Positions 35,442 to 44,317 of a DNA stretch of 64,000 bases are shown in pieces. The stretch spans positions 69,249 through 133,248 of the forward strand of contig CAKTOX010000001.1 in NCBI GenBank assembly GCA_934590355.1, in the 5' to 3' direction. Source of the stretch: an uncultured Oscillospiraceae bacterium (GTDB lineage Bacteria; Bacillota; Clostridia; Oscillospirales; Oscillospiraceae). How positions within the stretch are numbered: position 1 is the stretch's first letter; every line of letters begins with the position of its first letter. The translations under genes and the position numbers were made by a program. Under the pieces are notes generated by a model. The model worked only from the letters and a program-made list of their open reading frames with translations. It did no database searches and was not told the DNA's origin.

Positions 35442-35921
35442 TTATTTCACAAATTCTTTGAATGCCGTTTCGGCGTTTTGGGGCGCGGCGCTCATGATGA
35501 GCAGCACGCAATCGCCCACGGTCTTAATGACGGCACTTTGTGCGCGCTCTACCTCGCCGGGGCTGTAGGTCTTATAGGTCCTGACGCGGCTGTCGACGTG
35601 CTCGCGCAGGCTCTGCTCCATAGCAGAAGCATCGGATTTGTCCTTGAGCTGCACGACCGCAATTTCATACGCGCTGCCGTCGGCGGAATACGCCAAAAAA
35701 TAGCCTGACACTTTATTATACTCCAAGTCGGACATATATGAAAAGGCTTTTTCGGCATTTTCTTCCCAACTTCCCGTGACTTTCATCTCCGGCAGTGTCT
35801 TATCCGCGCTTATCATGCTCTTTTCGAGCTCATACATATCGATTTTCTGCGTTTTTTCGCCGCAGGCACACAAGCCGAGGCAAAGCGCCGCCGCGCACAG
35901 AAGGCAGAATATTCTTTTCAT
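35442..35921 (-). CDS. DUF4358-like lipoprotein
   Basis: Lipobox LGLCAC|G after MKRIFCLLCAAA; about 135-aa mature domain of the kind usually found beside MBOAT/DHHW genes. Confidence 0.55.
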   Translation of the reverse strand: MKRIFCLLCAAALCLGLCACGEKTQKIDMYELEKSMISADKTLPEMKVTGSWEENAEKAFSYMSDLEYNKVSGYFLAYSADGSAYEIAVVQLKDKSDASAMEQSLREHVDSRVRTYKTYSPGEVERAQSAVIKTVGDCVLLIMSAAPQNAETAFKEFVK

Positions 35922-36997
35922 CAGCCCACCGCCTCGCTGCCGTTATTGACGCTTGCGCCGAACGCCTTGGTCACGGCGCTGTCTATTCTCTGCCGAGTCG
36001 CCTCGTCAAGTCCGGCCTCGGGGTCTGAATCGCCGCCGTTATCCTCGTAGTTTATATTGATGCAGAACACGTTCTCGCCGCCAGCCTCGAGCCATTCCCA
36101 ACTCAGGCTCACACTCTTATCCGCGGCAAAGGGTGCAGTCTCCTCGATCTTGTTCATTATAGCCTCGATGACGTTATATGTATCATCGCTGACCTTCTCG
36201 CCGAAGTCGAAGCTCAAAACGCCCTTATTAGAATCAATGGCGGCGCGAAGAAGCTCGGGAATGGTGTAAACGTCGCTGCACTTAGTTTTGTTCATATAGG
36301 CGTAATTATACTCATATCCGTCCGCGGCTGGGAAGAAATCGGTATTCCACTCCTGAGCGTTCATCATCGTCCGGTCACACACGTTAAAATGCGAGAAGTT
36401 GCCGCCCGGGGTGTCGGCGTAAATGTCGGTGTGATACCACTTGCCGTCCAATTTCACAAGATCCCACGAGTGGGAAAGATACGAATCGTGCACGACCATG
36501 CATTCGATGTTCATCATCTGCATGAAAAGCCTGAAGGTCGTGGCATAGCCCACGCAGACAGCGCTGTGATATTTGAGCACGCCATAGGGATTATCGACCT
36601 CACCCGTTTCGCTCTCGGGGATAACGCTCAGCGAATTTTCGTCAAAGCCGATGTTCGAGGTCATCCAGCGGTAGACCGCAAGCTCCTTTTCATAGTCCGT
36701 CATGCCGTCGGTGATTATCCCGTCAAGCACGCTCTTTGCCATGTCGAGCGTTTCCTTGTCCTTATCCGACAGCTTTGACGAATCGCCCGATTTATATGCA
36801 TCGGAGATCTGCGTCGTTGACTTTATCACATAGTCGCCTATGCTCACGTCGTTTTCCTGCGCAACGTCCTCGGTGTTTTCGTCATAGCCGTTTTCAAGCG
36901 CATATACCTTATAAAGCGTAAATACGTTGAGCGCCAGCAGCAAAACGAGCATTACCGGCGTCACAACACGCATGATTTTCGAGCTTTTTGTTTTCAT
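35921..36997 (-). CDS. membrane-anchored transglutaminase-like cysteine peptidase domain protein
   Basis: N-terminal TM helix; core YHSAVCVGYATTF (Cys), SHSWDLVKLDGKWYHTD (His/Asp); TGATG overlap with the downstream gene. Confidence 0.7.
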   Translation of the reverse strand: MKTKSSKIMRVVTPVMLVLLLALNVFTLYKVYALENGYDENTEDVAQENDVSIGDYVIKSTTQISDAYKSGDSSKLSDKDKETLDMAKSVLDGIITDGMTDYEKELAVYRWMTSNIGFDENSLSVIPESETGEVDNPYGVLKYHSAVCVGYATTFRLFMQMMNIECMVVHDSYLSHSWDLVKLDGKWYHTDIYADTPGGNFSHFNVCDRTMMNAQEWNTDFFPAADGYEYNYAYMNKTKCSDVYTIPELLRAAIDSNKGVLSFDFGEKVSDDTYNVIEAIMNKIEETAPFAADKSVSLSWEWLEAGGENVFCININYEDNGGDSDPEAGLDEATRQRIDSAVTKAFGASVNNGSEAVG

Positions 36998-37218
36998 GAA
37001 AGACTCTCCTTTCGATAATACGTCTGAAAATTAAAAAAGTTTCAACAAATTTTCAAAGCTTCAAACTGTGTGGTTTGAGTTAGCACAGTTAATATACTCT
37101 GTGACGCAAATATTGTCAAGAGACTGACGCATAATTTTCCTGCTTGCTTTACGGAGAGAAAAATAATATACTTAAATAGTTAAATTAACGGTTTAGAAAA
37201 TTCGCAGGGGGGTTTTGT

Positions 37219-38679
37219 ATGACGGATCTGAAATTTTATTTTGACGGCACAAACGGTACGCCGGTAAACGGCGATATAAGCGTGAGCGTCATGATCTCGA
37301 AGGAGGATGCGCCCAACGCCATCGGAAGGCTCGGCTTTAAATACTCCGACTCATTTTTCCTGCGTTCGGCATGCTCATATAACCACGAGCTTGCCATAAC
37401 CTCGCTGGGACTTACAATGAGCGCCTTCACCTACAAGGACGACGGCGATAAGCACACACGCGCTGCGCTGCACGCCATCGGCTGCGATGACCGCACCATC
37501 GAGAGCTTCCGCTTCGGCGATCAGCAAAGCTGCGAGGACAGCTGCGGATATATCTTCGGCACGAAAAAGCTGCCGGACGACCGTTTTCTCATCCCCGTCG
37601 TCATTCGCAGCCACTGCTACGGCGGCGAGTGGGTCAGCAACGCCCACGCCGTTGACGAGGCCTACCCCGACTTTGCCGCGGGCTTTAAAATTGCCGCGGA
37701 CGGCGTTTACGATGCTCTGATGCAATACATAGAAAAGCGCGGCCTCGGCCGTGACAGGGTGAAAATATGGGTCTGCGGCTACAGTCGCGGAGGCGCTGTG
37801 ACTAACCTTCTCGGCGCGCGCCTGACCTTCGAAAGCGGGATAGGCAAGGATAACATTTTCGCGTACAGCTTTGCGACTCCGCCCACGGTGCTTGACCGTG
37901 CGGCCCAGTTTACGGACAATATTTTCAACATCATTTCCGAAATCGACGTCGTGCCGCGTATGCCGCTGAGATATTGGGGCTTCACGCGCTACGGCACGGA
38001 CATGACAGTGCCCTGCAAGGCGCGGCGCGGTGCGGCGGAATACACCCGCCTGCTCGGGCTCATGCAGGGTGAGTTTGCGAAGATAATGCAGGAGCTCGGC
38101 GTCGAGGCGGACTATGTTCCGCTTGCCGATCAGGAGCTTGCGCTCGACCTGATGTTCGATTATTTCGACGACCTGCTCGACACGCCCGCGAAGTTCCGCG
38201 ACGACGGCTATCAGAAGCTTGCGATGGACTATATGCGCAGCAAAACGAGCGGCAGCGTGTTTGAGCTCAAACGTTTCCTGCACTTTCTCCTTGACGGCAA
38301 CGAGGAAATGGCAAACGAGCTGGGCGATCTTATCGATAACTGGCACGATTCGAGCGGACGGGAAAAGCTCCAAAAGCTGGGGAGCATGATCTCAAAGCGC
38401 AAGCCCGGAGACAAATCTCCCGCGACGGAGATAATCTTCACGCTGCTGGGCATCCTGTTCCGCTATGCCGCGAAGCTTGCCGCAACGAAGGTCACAGGCG
38501 GTACGCAGGACTATTACTACGAGCAGCTCGTCATCCTCATCGTTGACACCTATCAGCGCGGCGGCGAATCGCTCATATTGCAGCAGCACTGGCCCGAGGC
38601 ATATCTCGCCTGGCTCAGGGCAGCGCCCGAAACGGAGCTTTTCCGCATGGGCAGCTACACTCGAAATTCGATAAAATGA
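37219..38679 (+). CDS. class-3 lipase-like alpha/beta hydrolase with a helical C-terminal extension
   Basis: 486 aa; nucleophile elbow VCGYSRGGAVTNLLG (GxSxG). Confidence 0.6.
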   Translation: MTDLKFYFDGTNGTPVNGDISVSVMISKEDAPNAIGRLGFKYSDSFFLRSACSYNHELAITSLGLTMSAFTYKDDGDKHTRAALHAIGCDDRTIESFRFGDQQSCEDSCGYIFGTKKLPDDRFLIPVVIRSHCYGGEWVSNAHAVDEAYPDFAAGFKIAADGVYDALMQYIEKRGLGRDRVKIWVCGYSRGGAVTNLLGARLTFESGIGKDNIFAYSFATPPTVLDRAAQFTDNIFNIISEIDVVPRMPLRYWGFTRYGTDMTVPCKARRGAAEYTRLLGLMQGEFAKIMQELGVEADYVPLADQELALDLMFDYFDDLLDTPAKFRDDGYQKLAMDYMRSKTSGSVFELKRFLHFLLDGNEEMANELGDLIDNWHDSSGREKLQKLGSMISKRKPGDKSPATEIIFTLLGILFRYAAKLAATKVTGGTQDYYYEQLVILIVDTYQRGGESLILQQHWPEAYLAWLRAAPETELFRMGSYTRNSIK

Positions 38680-38695
38680 TTTAACGGAGGACACT

Positions 38696-39610
38696 ATGGA
38701 TAAGACTATTGTTGTAATGGCAGCCGGTCTCGGCTCGCGCTACGGCGGAGTCAAGCAGATAGAGCGTCTCGGTCCCGACGGCGAAATACTCATGGAGTAT
38801 GCCCTGTACGATGCCGTCAAGGCGGGCTTTAACAAGATCGTTCTCATCATAAAGCCCGAGATGCTCAATGACGTGAAATCGCTTTTCGGCGACCGCGTCG
38901 AAAAAAGCACCGGCATCAAAATCAGCTACGCCTTCCAGACGCTCGACCGTTTTACCGAAAGCCGCCCCGAATTTTCGGACAGAACGAAGCCCTACGGCAC
39001 AGTGCACGCGGTCATCTGCGCAAAGGACGTGATCACGACCCCCTTTGCCGTCATGAACGCCGACGATTACTACGGCAGCGAGGCACTCGGCGTCATCTCC
39101 GCGCAGCTTGACAGGCTCGGCGGCGCGCAGGACGCGGTCATGGTCGCATACAGGCTCAAGAACACCGTCAGCGCCTTCGGCACCGTCACCCGCGGCGTGT
39201 GCATGGTCGAAAACGAGCTGCTCACCGGCATCCGCGAGACCTATAAGATAAAGCTCATGCCCGGCGGCGAGATACTCGCCGACGCCGAATCGGACAATGC
39301 CTATCCCCTCGCGCCGGACACCTTCGTTTCCATGAACCTCTGGGGCTATCATCAGGACATTCTGCCCGTGATGGAGAAGTATTTTGCCGATTTCTTCGCG
39401 GCACTGGGTGCGGACGACAAAAAGGCGGAGTGTCTGCTGCCAACGATGATGGGCGACCTCACCGATGAGGGCAGGATCAAAATTTCCGTTCTGAACACGA
39501 ACGACCGCTGGTTCGGTCTGACCTACAAGGAGGACAAGCCCGGAGTCGTGCGCGAACTCACAAGGCTGCACGCAGACGGCGTCTATCCCCCAACCTTATG
39601 GAATAGCTAA
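38696..39610 (+). CDS. sugar-phosphate nucleotidyltransferase family protein
   Basis: N-terminal IVVMAAGLGSRYGG (GxGxR signature); 304 aa; GGAGG RBS. Confidence 0.7.
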   Translation: MDKTIVVMAAGLGSRYGGVKQIERLGPDGEILMEYALYDAVKAGFNKIVLIIKPEMLNDVKSLFGDRVEKSTGIKISYAFQTLDRFTESRPEFSDRTKPYGTVHAVICAKDVITTPFAVMNADDYYGSEALGVISAQLDRLGGAQDAVMVAYRLKNTVSAFGTVTRGVCMVENELLTGIRETYKIKLMPGGEILADAESDNAYPLAPDTFVSMNLWGYHQDILPVMEKYFADFFAALGADDKKAECLLPTMMGDLTDEGRIKISVLNTNDRWFGLTYKEDKPGVVRELTRLHADGVYPPTLWNS

Positions 39611-39645
39611 AAAAATCAGGACACCTCTCGGTGTCCTGATTTTTC
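39609..39645. terminator. bidirectional terminator
   Basis: 10-bp stem ATCAGGACAC/GTGTCCTGAT flanked by A-run and TTTT. Confidence 0.8.
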
Positions 39646-39650
39646 ATTAT

Positions 39651-40313
39651 TTACTCTATAAGCGCGCGAATTTCGTCCGCGCCGCCCTTAACGTGGACGG
39701 GACCTGTGCTGTCAAAATCGGCAAAAGCGTCCTCGCCGTCAAAATAAAGCTCAATAAGCGTATCGTCACTGCCGAGGCAAATGGCGGCGTCCGGCTGTAT
39801 ATCCGGCGCGGCTTTTCCGTCGCTGCTTTCCTCAAGAAGCACCTTGAGCTGCGCTATCTTATTCTCGTCGGAAATGACCACGGCGCCGTGCTTGAGCGTA
39901 TAGTCTGCGTAGCTCGTGCAGATCATGTCATCGGCGGCATTGCCTACGGTCTCCGACGAATTTTCATTGTTTGCGCCGTCTACGCTTACATAGCTTGCTC
40001 CGTTAAAAAGCCCGAACCTCACTCCCGCGAAAATGACGAGCGCAAGGCAGGCGGCAGCGGAAAGAGTGCGCAGCCAAATGACCCGCGGCTTTTTCCGACG
40101 CTCACGGCTCACGGCCGCCATTATATCCTCATGCAGCCCCTCGGGAGGCTCCTCAAGCTGCGCCACGCTGCCCGACAGCGCCGCGAACGCATTGTACACG
40201 CTTTTGCACTCGTCGCAGGCGGCGATATGCTCGCGCACCGCGGCCTCCTCACTCTCGCTCAGCTCACCGTCAAGAAGGCAGCTTATGAGCTCTATACACT
40301 TTTCATGCTCCAT
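39651..40313 (-). CDS. anti-sigma factor (zf-HC2 type) with one TM helix
   Basis: HxxxCxxC motif REHIAACDECKSVY; TM LSAAACLALVIFAGV; 11-nt overlap with the sigma gene. Confidence 0.8.
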   Translation of the reverse strand: MEHEKCIELISCLLDGELSESEEAAVREHIAACDECKSVYNAFAALSGSVAQLEEPPEGLHEDIMAAVSRERRKKPRVIWLRTLSAAACLALVIFAGVRFGLFNGASYVSVDGANNENSSETVGNAADDMICTSYADYTLKHGAVVISDENKIAQLKVLLEESSDGKAAPDIQPDAAICLGSDDTLIELYFDGEDAFADFDSTGPVHVKGGADEIRALIE

Positions 40314-40926
40314 CGCAGTCCGCCTCCTCTCGATTATTTGACGCTATCGAGTCGGGAATGTTCCCGTCTCCGAGCAAAAATGCGCACAAATTTTTTCGCG
40401 CGCGGAAAATACGCGACTTGACCGTGCCCTCCTCAAGCGAAAGCTGTGCGGCTATCTCCGAATAGCTCAGACCGCCGAGCTCGCGCATGACGAGTATCTG
40501 TCTGTGCTTGGGCGGCAGCCTTTCAAGCCCGCGGTGCACCGCCTCCATGCCGAGCTTTTTCATAAGAAGCTCCTCCGGCATAGACTTGGGGTCGGGAATG
40601 TCGAGCTGACGCTCCTCGTCATCGTCCGAGGTGCTCAGCGAAACCTGCGGTCTGCGGCTTTTATGGCGCAGAAAATCGAGGCACACATTCGTCGTTATCC
40701 TGTACAGCCACGCGGAAAACCTGCTCTCGCCCCTGTATGACGGCAAGTTCGTCCACGCCTTCACGAAGGCCTCCTGCGTCATATCCGCAGCGTCGGCGCG
40801 GTCTCCCACCATGCGCAGCGCAAGGTTGTAGACCGTTTTTTCGTACCTCGTGACGAGCTCGGAAAACGCCTCCGTATCGCCGCCGAGAACGCGCCCGATT
40901 ATTTCCTTTTCGTTTATCTCGGTCAT
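40303..40926 (-). CDS. ECF-type RNA polymerase sigma-70 family factor
   Basis: Region 2 DMTQEAFVKAW...FSAWLYRITTNVCLDFLR and region 4 SYSEIAAQLSLEEGTVKSRIFRARKNL. Confidence 0.9.
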   Translation of the reverse strand: MTEINEKEIIGRVLGGDTEAFSELVTRYEKTVYNLALRMVGDRADAADMTQEAFVKAWTNLPSYRGESRFSAWLYRITTNVCLDFLRHKSRRPQVSLSTSDDDEERQLDIPDPKSMPEELLMKKLGMEAVHRGLERLPPKHRQILVMRELGGLSYSEIAAQLSLEEGTVKSRIFRARKNLCAFLLGDGNIPDSIASNNREEADCDGA

Positions 40927-41894
40927 ATCAGATCTCTTTTTATACCCTTTATGATCTTATAAAGTTCTTCCATGCTTTCGACTCTGACAAGCTGCTGCTT
41001 ATAATATCCCGCGTGAGCCACACCCTTGAGATACCACGGTATCTGATGCCGCGCCTCAAGACAGGCAAGGCGCTCGCCGAACACCTCGGCATACATCTGC
41101 GTATGGCGCACGGCAAGATCCATGCGCTCGGAAAGCGGCGGCTTTTCGGGCACGGGCTCGCCGCCAAGCAGCGCGTTTGCCTCGGCAAACAGCCACGGGT
41201 CGCCGAATATGCCCCTGCCTATCATGGCAAGCTCGCAGCCTGTGTAGCGCAGAATGTGCTCCGCATCCTGCGCGGAGAAAATATCGCCGTTTGCGATGAC
41301 GGGAATATTAACGGCTCCTTTCACGTCGCGGATAATGTCCCAATCGGCCTTGCCCGCGTACATCTGCGCGCGCGTCCTGCCGTGCACGGCTATTGCGGAC
41401 GCTCCCGCCTGCTGCATTATTTTCGCAAACTCCACGGCGTTGACGCTGCCGCCGTCAAAGCCCTTGCGGAACTTGACCGTCACGGGCACTCCCGCCGTTT
41501 TTACGACCTGCTCGACGATTTTTCCCGCAAGCTCCGGATCGCGCATGAGCGCCGAGCCGTCGCCGCTTTTGACGATCTTCCCGACCGGACAGCCCATGTT
41601 TATATCAAGTATATCCGCGCCCGAAAGCTCGATAGCCATCGGAGCCGCCTCCGCCATGACCTCCGGCTCGTGGCCGAATATCTGCGCGGCAAAGGGGCGG
41701 CACTCGGGCAGATTATACAAAAGGCTCTTTGTTTTTTTGTCGTTATAGCACAAAGCCTTCGCGCTGACCATCTCGGTCGTCGTGAGCGCGGCACCGAGCT
41801 CCGTGCATATGGCGCGAAATGCAAAATCCGTTACTCCCGCCATGGGCGCGAGCGTCATTTTGCCGTTTATCCGAACGCTTCCTATCTTCACCAT
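40923..41894 (-). CDS. dusB: tRNA dihydrouridine synthase B
   Basis: 323 aa; LAPMAGVTDFAFR, INMGCPV, HGRTRAQMY motifs. Confidence 0.9.
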   Translation of the reverse strand: MVKIGSVRINGKMTLAPMAGVTDFAFRAICTELGAALTTTEMVSAKALCYNDKKTKSLLYNLPECRPFAAQIFGHEPEVMAEAAPMAIELSGADILDINMGCPVGKIVKSGDGSALMRDPELAGKIVEQVVKTAGVPVTVKFRKGFDGGSVNAVEFAKIMQQAGASAIAVHGRTRAQMYAGKADWDIIRDVKGAVNIPVIANGDIFSAQDAEHILRYTGCELAMIGRGIFGDPWLFAEANALLGGEPVPEKPPLSERMDLAVRHTQMYAEVFGERLACLEARHQIPWYLKGVAHAGYYKQQLVRVESMEELYKIIKGIKRDLI

Positions 41895-42637
41895 AATATA
41901 TCAAGCCCCACGGGACAGTGATCCGAGCCCATAACCTCGGGCAGTATGTACGCATCTTTTATGTTCTCCCGCAGCCGCTCGGACACGACGAAATAGTCAA
42001 TGCGCCAGCCCACGTTTCTGCTGCGCGCGGCGGCGCGGTACGACCACCACGAATACGCATCGGTCTTATCTGGATACAGTGCGCGGAACGAATCGACAAA
42101 GCCCGCATCAAGAAGCTCGGAAAACTTACCGCGCTCGGCGTCGGAAAAGCCGGGGTTCATATGGTTCGAGTCGGGGTTTTTAAGGTCGATCGGCTCATGG
42201 GCAACGTTCATGTCGCCGCAGATTATGACGGGCTTTTTCCCGTCGAGGGCGCACAGGTACTCGCGGAAATCGTCCTCCCAGCTCATGCGGTAATCAAGGC
42301 GCTTGAGCTCGTTTTGGGAGTTGGGCGTGTAGACGCAGACGAGATAATACTCCTCGTACTCGAGCGTTATGACCCTGCCCTCGGTTTCGTGGCCGGGGAT
42401 GTTATAGCTGACGCTCAGCGGTGTGAGCTTTGTGAATATCGCGGTGCCGGAGTAGCCCTTTTTGTCGGCATAGCACCAGTATTTTTCGTATCCGGGCAGC
42501 TCAAGGTCTATCTGCCCCTGCTGGAGCTTTGTCTCCTGAATGCAGAAGTGGTCGGCGTCGAGCGCGTAGAAAATATCCTCAAAGCCCTTTTTCACGACGG
42601 CACGAAGACCGTTCACGTTCCAGCTTATAAATCTCAT
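41888..42637 (-). CDS. xth: exodeoxyribonuclease III
   Basis: 249 aa; MRFISWNVNGLRA, CIQETK, GDMNVAH, SDHCPV. Confidence 0.9.
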   Translation of the reverse strand: MRFISWNVNGLRAVVKKGFEDIFYALDADHFCIQETKLQQGQIDLELPGYEKYWCYADKKGYSGTAIFTKLTPLSVSYNIPGHETEGRVITLEYEEYYLVCVYTPNSQNELKRLDYRMSWEDDFREYLCALDGKKPVIICGDMNVAHEPIDLKNPDSNHMNPGFSDAERGKFSELLDAGFVDSFRALYPDKTDAYSWWSYRAAARSRNVGWRIDYFVVSERLRENIKDAYILPEVMGSDHCPVGLDILW

Positions 42638-43350
42638 TTGTTTATCCCCCTCGCGTCGGAGAGCGCAGCATCGCGCAGGCGCGGCACCTCGCCGCTCGCC
42701 CCGTTTTTCGTCTCCACCGTTTTTCGTGCGACAAGGCGGTTTATTTTAACGCCCTGGCTGCGGAATTTACTCTCGTAGTCCGTCATCACTCCGCCCGCGC
42801 CGTCGGCGTGCAGGTCGTTTGTCACGTCGTCAAGCTCCCAGCCCTCGGAGAACAGCTGCTGCACCGACCACTCAAACAGCGGCAGGTTGTCGGTCTTAAA
42901 GTGCACCTCGCCGCCCATGGGCAGCAGGTCTGCGTAAATGCGAAGGAAATTCGGGGAGGTCAGCCTGTGCTTTGCGTCGCGGCTTTTGGGCCACGGGTCG
43001 CAGAAATTGACGAATATCCGCTCGACCTCGCCGGGCGAAAACACCTCACGCAGCTTGAGCGCGTCCATGGAAATGAATCTTGCGTTCTGCACCGCGGCCT
43101 CCTCCGTGCGCTCCATTGCGATGACCATAGCGTCCTCGACCTTTTCAAGGGCAACAAGCATCACCTCCGGGTGCTCCTGCGCCGTACCAACCGTAAACTT
43201 CCCCTTGCCGCAGCCTATTTCGAGCCACAGCGCGCTGCGCTCCGGAAAGCTCTCGCGCCACCTGCCGCAAAGCTCCTCGGGCTTTTTTATCCAAACGCCT
43301 GCGCACTTTTCCATGCGCGGCTGCAAATTCGGTTTTTTTCTCATTCTCAT
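42634..43350 (-). CDS. trmB: tRNA (guanine-N7)-methyltransferase
   Basis: 238 aa; LEIGCGKGKF SAM motif, FCDPWPK, HFKTDN. Confidence 0.85.
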   Translation of the reverse strand: MRMRKKPNLQPRMEKCAGVWIKKPEELCGRWRESFPERSALWLEIGCGKGKFTVGTAQEHPEVMLVALEKVEDAMVIAMERTEEAAVQNARFISMDALKLREVFSPGEVERIFVNFCDPWPKSRDAKHRLTSPNFLRIYADLLPMGGEVHFKTDNLPLFEWSVQQLFSEGWELDDVTNDLHADGAGGVMTDYESKFRSQGVKINRLVARKTVETKNGASGEVPRLRDAALSDARGINK

Positions 43351-43492
43351 GTTTTTTCACGCTCCGTAACGCGCCGACAGCCTTGTTAAAAGTCGGCTTA
43401 TCCTTTAAAATACCACATATCCGTAAAAACCACAAGAGCGTTACGCGCGCGATTTTGGTCATAATACAGAACATTATTCGACAATCTTGCAC

Positions 43493-43521
43493 TTGAAATG
43501 TTAAAAAACCTATGCTATAAT
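43493..43521 (+). promoter_or_regulatory. promoter of rex
   Basis: TTGAAA (43493-43498), 17 nt, TATAAT (43516-43521). Confidence 0.55.
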
Positions 43522-43586
43522 TTATAAATCAAATAATTAACATCATTGTCTGTCGCTTAAATAGGGCGAATCAAGGGGTAATCTAT

Positions 43587-44255
43587 ATGAAGCGAGTAAA
43601 AGTATCCAATAACGTAATAAGGCGTCTGCCCCGCTATCTGCGCAAGCTCGATGAGCTTACCGAGGCCGGTGTCAGCCGCATTTCTTCGGGCGAGTTGGGC
43701 CGTCAGCTTGGTCTGACCCCCTCGCAGATCCGTCAGGACTTCAGCTGCTTCGGTGAATTCGGGCAACAGGGCTACGGGTATAAAGTCACCGCACTGCGCG
43801 CGGAGATCGCCTCGATCCTCGGCATGGACAGGGGTTACAGCGCCATTCTTATCGGCGTCGGCAACCTCGGTCAGGCGCTCATGTGCAACTTTTCGTTCAA
43901 GACCTGGGGCTTCGAGCTCAAGGCCGCGTTCGATATTAAGCCCGAGCTTATCGGCACGAACTACGAGGGTGTGACCATTCACGACATGGCCACCCTGCCG
44001 CAGTATCTGAGCGAAAACAAGATCGACGCTGCCGTTTTGTGTGTTCCCAAGGCGCACGCGATAGCAACGACGGAGCTTCTCACCTCCCACGGCATCAATG
44101 CCATCTGGAACTTCACGAACGTTGAGCTGACCTCCCCCGAGAGCAGCACCATCGTCGAGAATATCCACTTCTCCGACAGTCTGCTTTCCCTGAGCTACTT
44201 CATCTCCGAGGATAACGACGAGAAGGCTGCCCGTGCGGCAAGAATGAACAAGTAA
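43587..44255 (+). CDS. rex: redox-sensing transcriptional repressor Rex
   Basis: RRLPRYLRKLDEL...ISSGELG...TPSQIRQDFSCFGEFGQQGYGY, then Rossmann GVGNLGQAL. Confidence 0.95.
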   Translation: MKRVKVSNNVIRRLPRYLRKLDELTEAGVSRISSGELGRQLGLTPSQIRQDFSCFGEFGQQGYGYKVTALRAEIASILGMDRGYSAILIGVGNLGQALMCNFSFKTWGFELKAAFDIKPELIGTNYEGVTIHDMATLPQYLSENKIDAAVLCVPKAHAIATTELLTSHGINAIWNFTNVELTSPESSTIVENIHFSDSLLSLSYFISEDNDEKAARAARMNK

Positions 44256-44271
44256 TGCTTAAAGAACACTG

Positions 44272-44297
44272 AAAAAGCGGGCTATGCCCGCTTTTTG
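44272..44297 (+). terminator. Rho-independent terminator after rex
   Basis: AAAGCGGGC-TAT-GCCCGCTTT followed by TTGCTTTTT. Confidence 0.75.
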
Positions 44298-44317
44298 CTT
44301 TTTAAAGGAGAATGACC

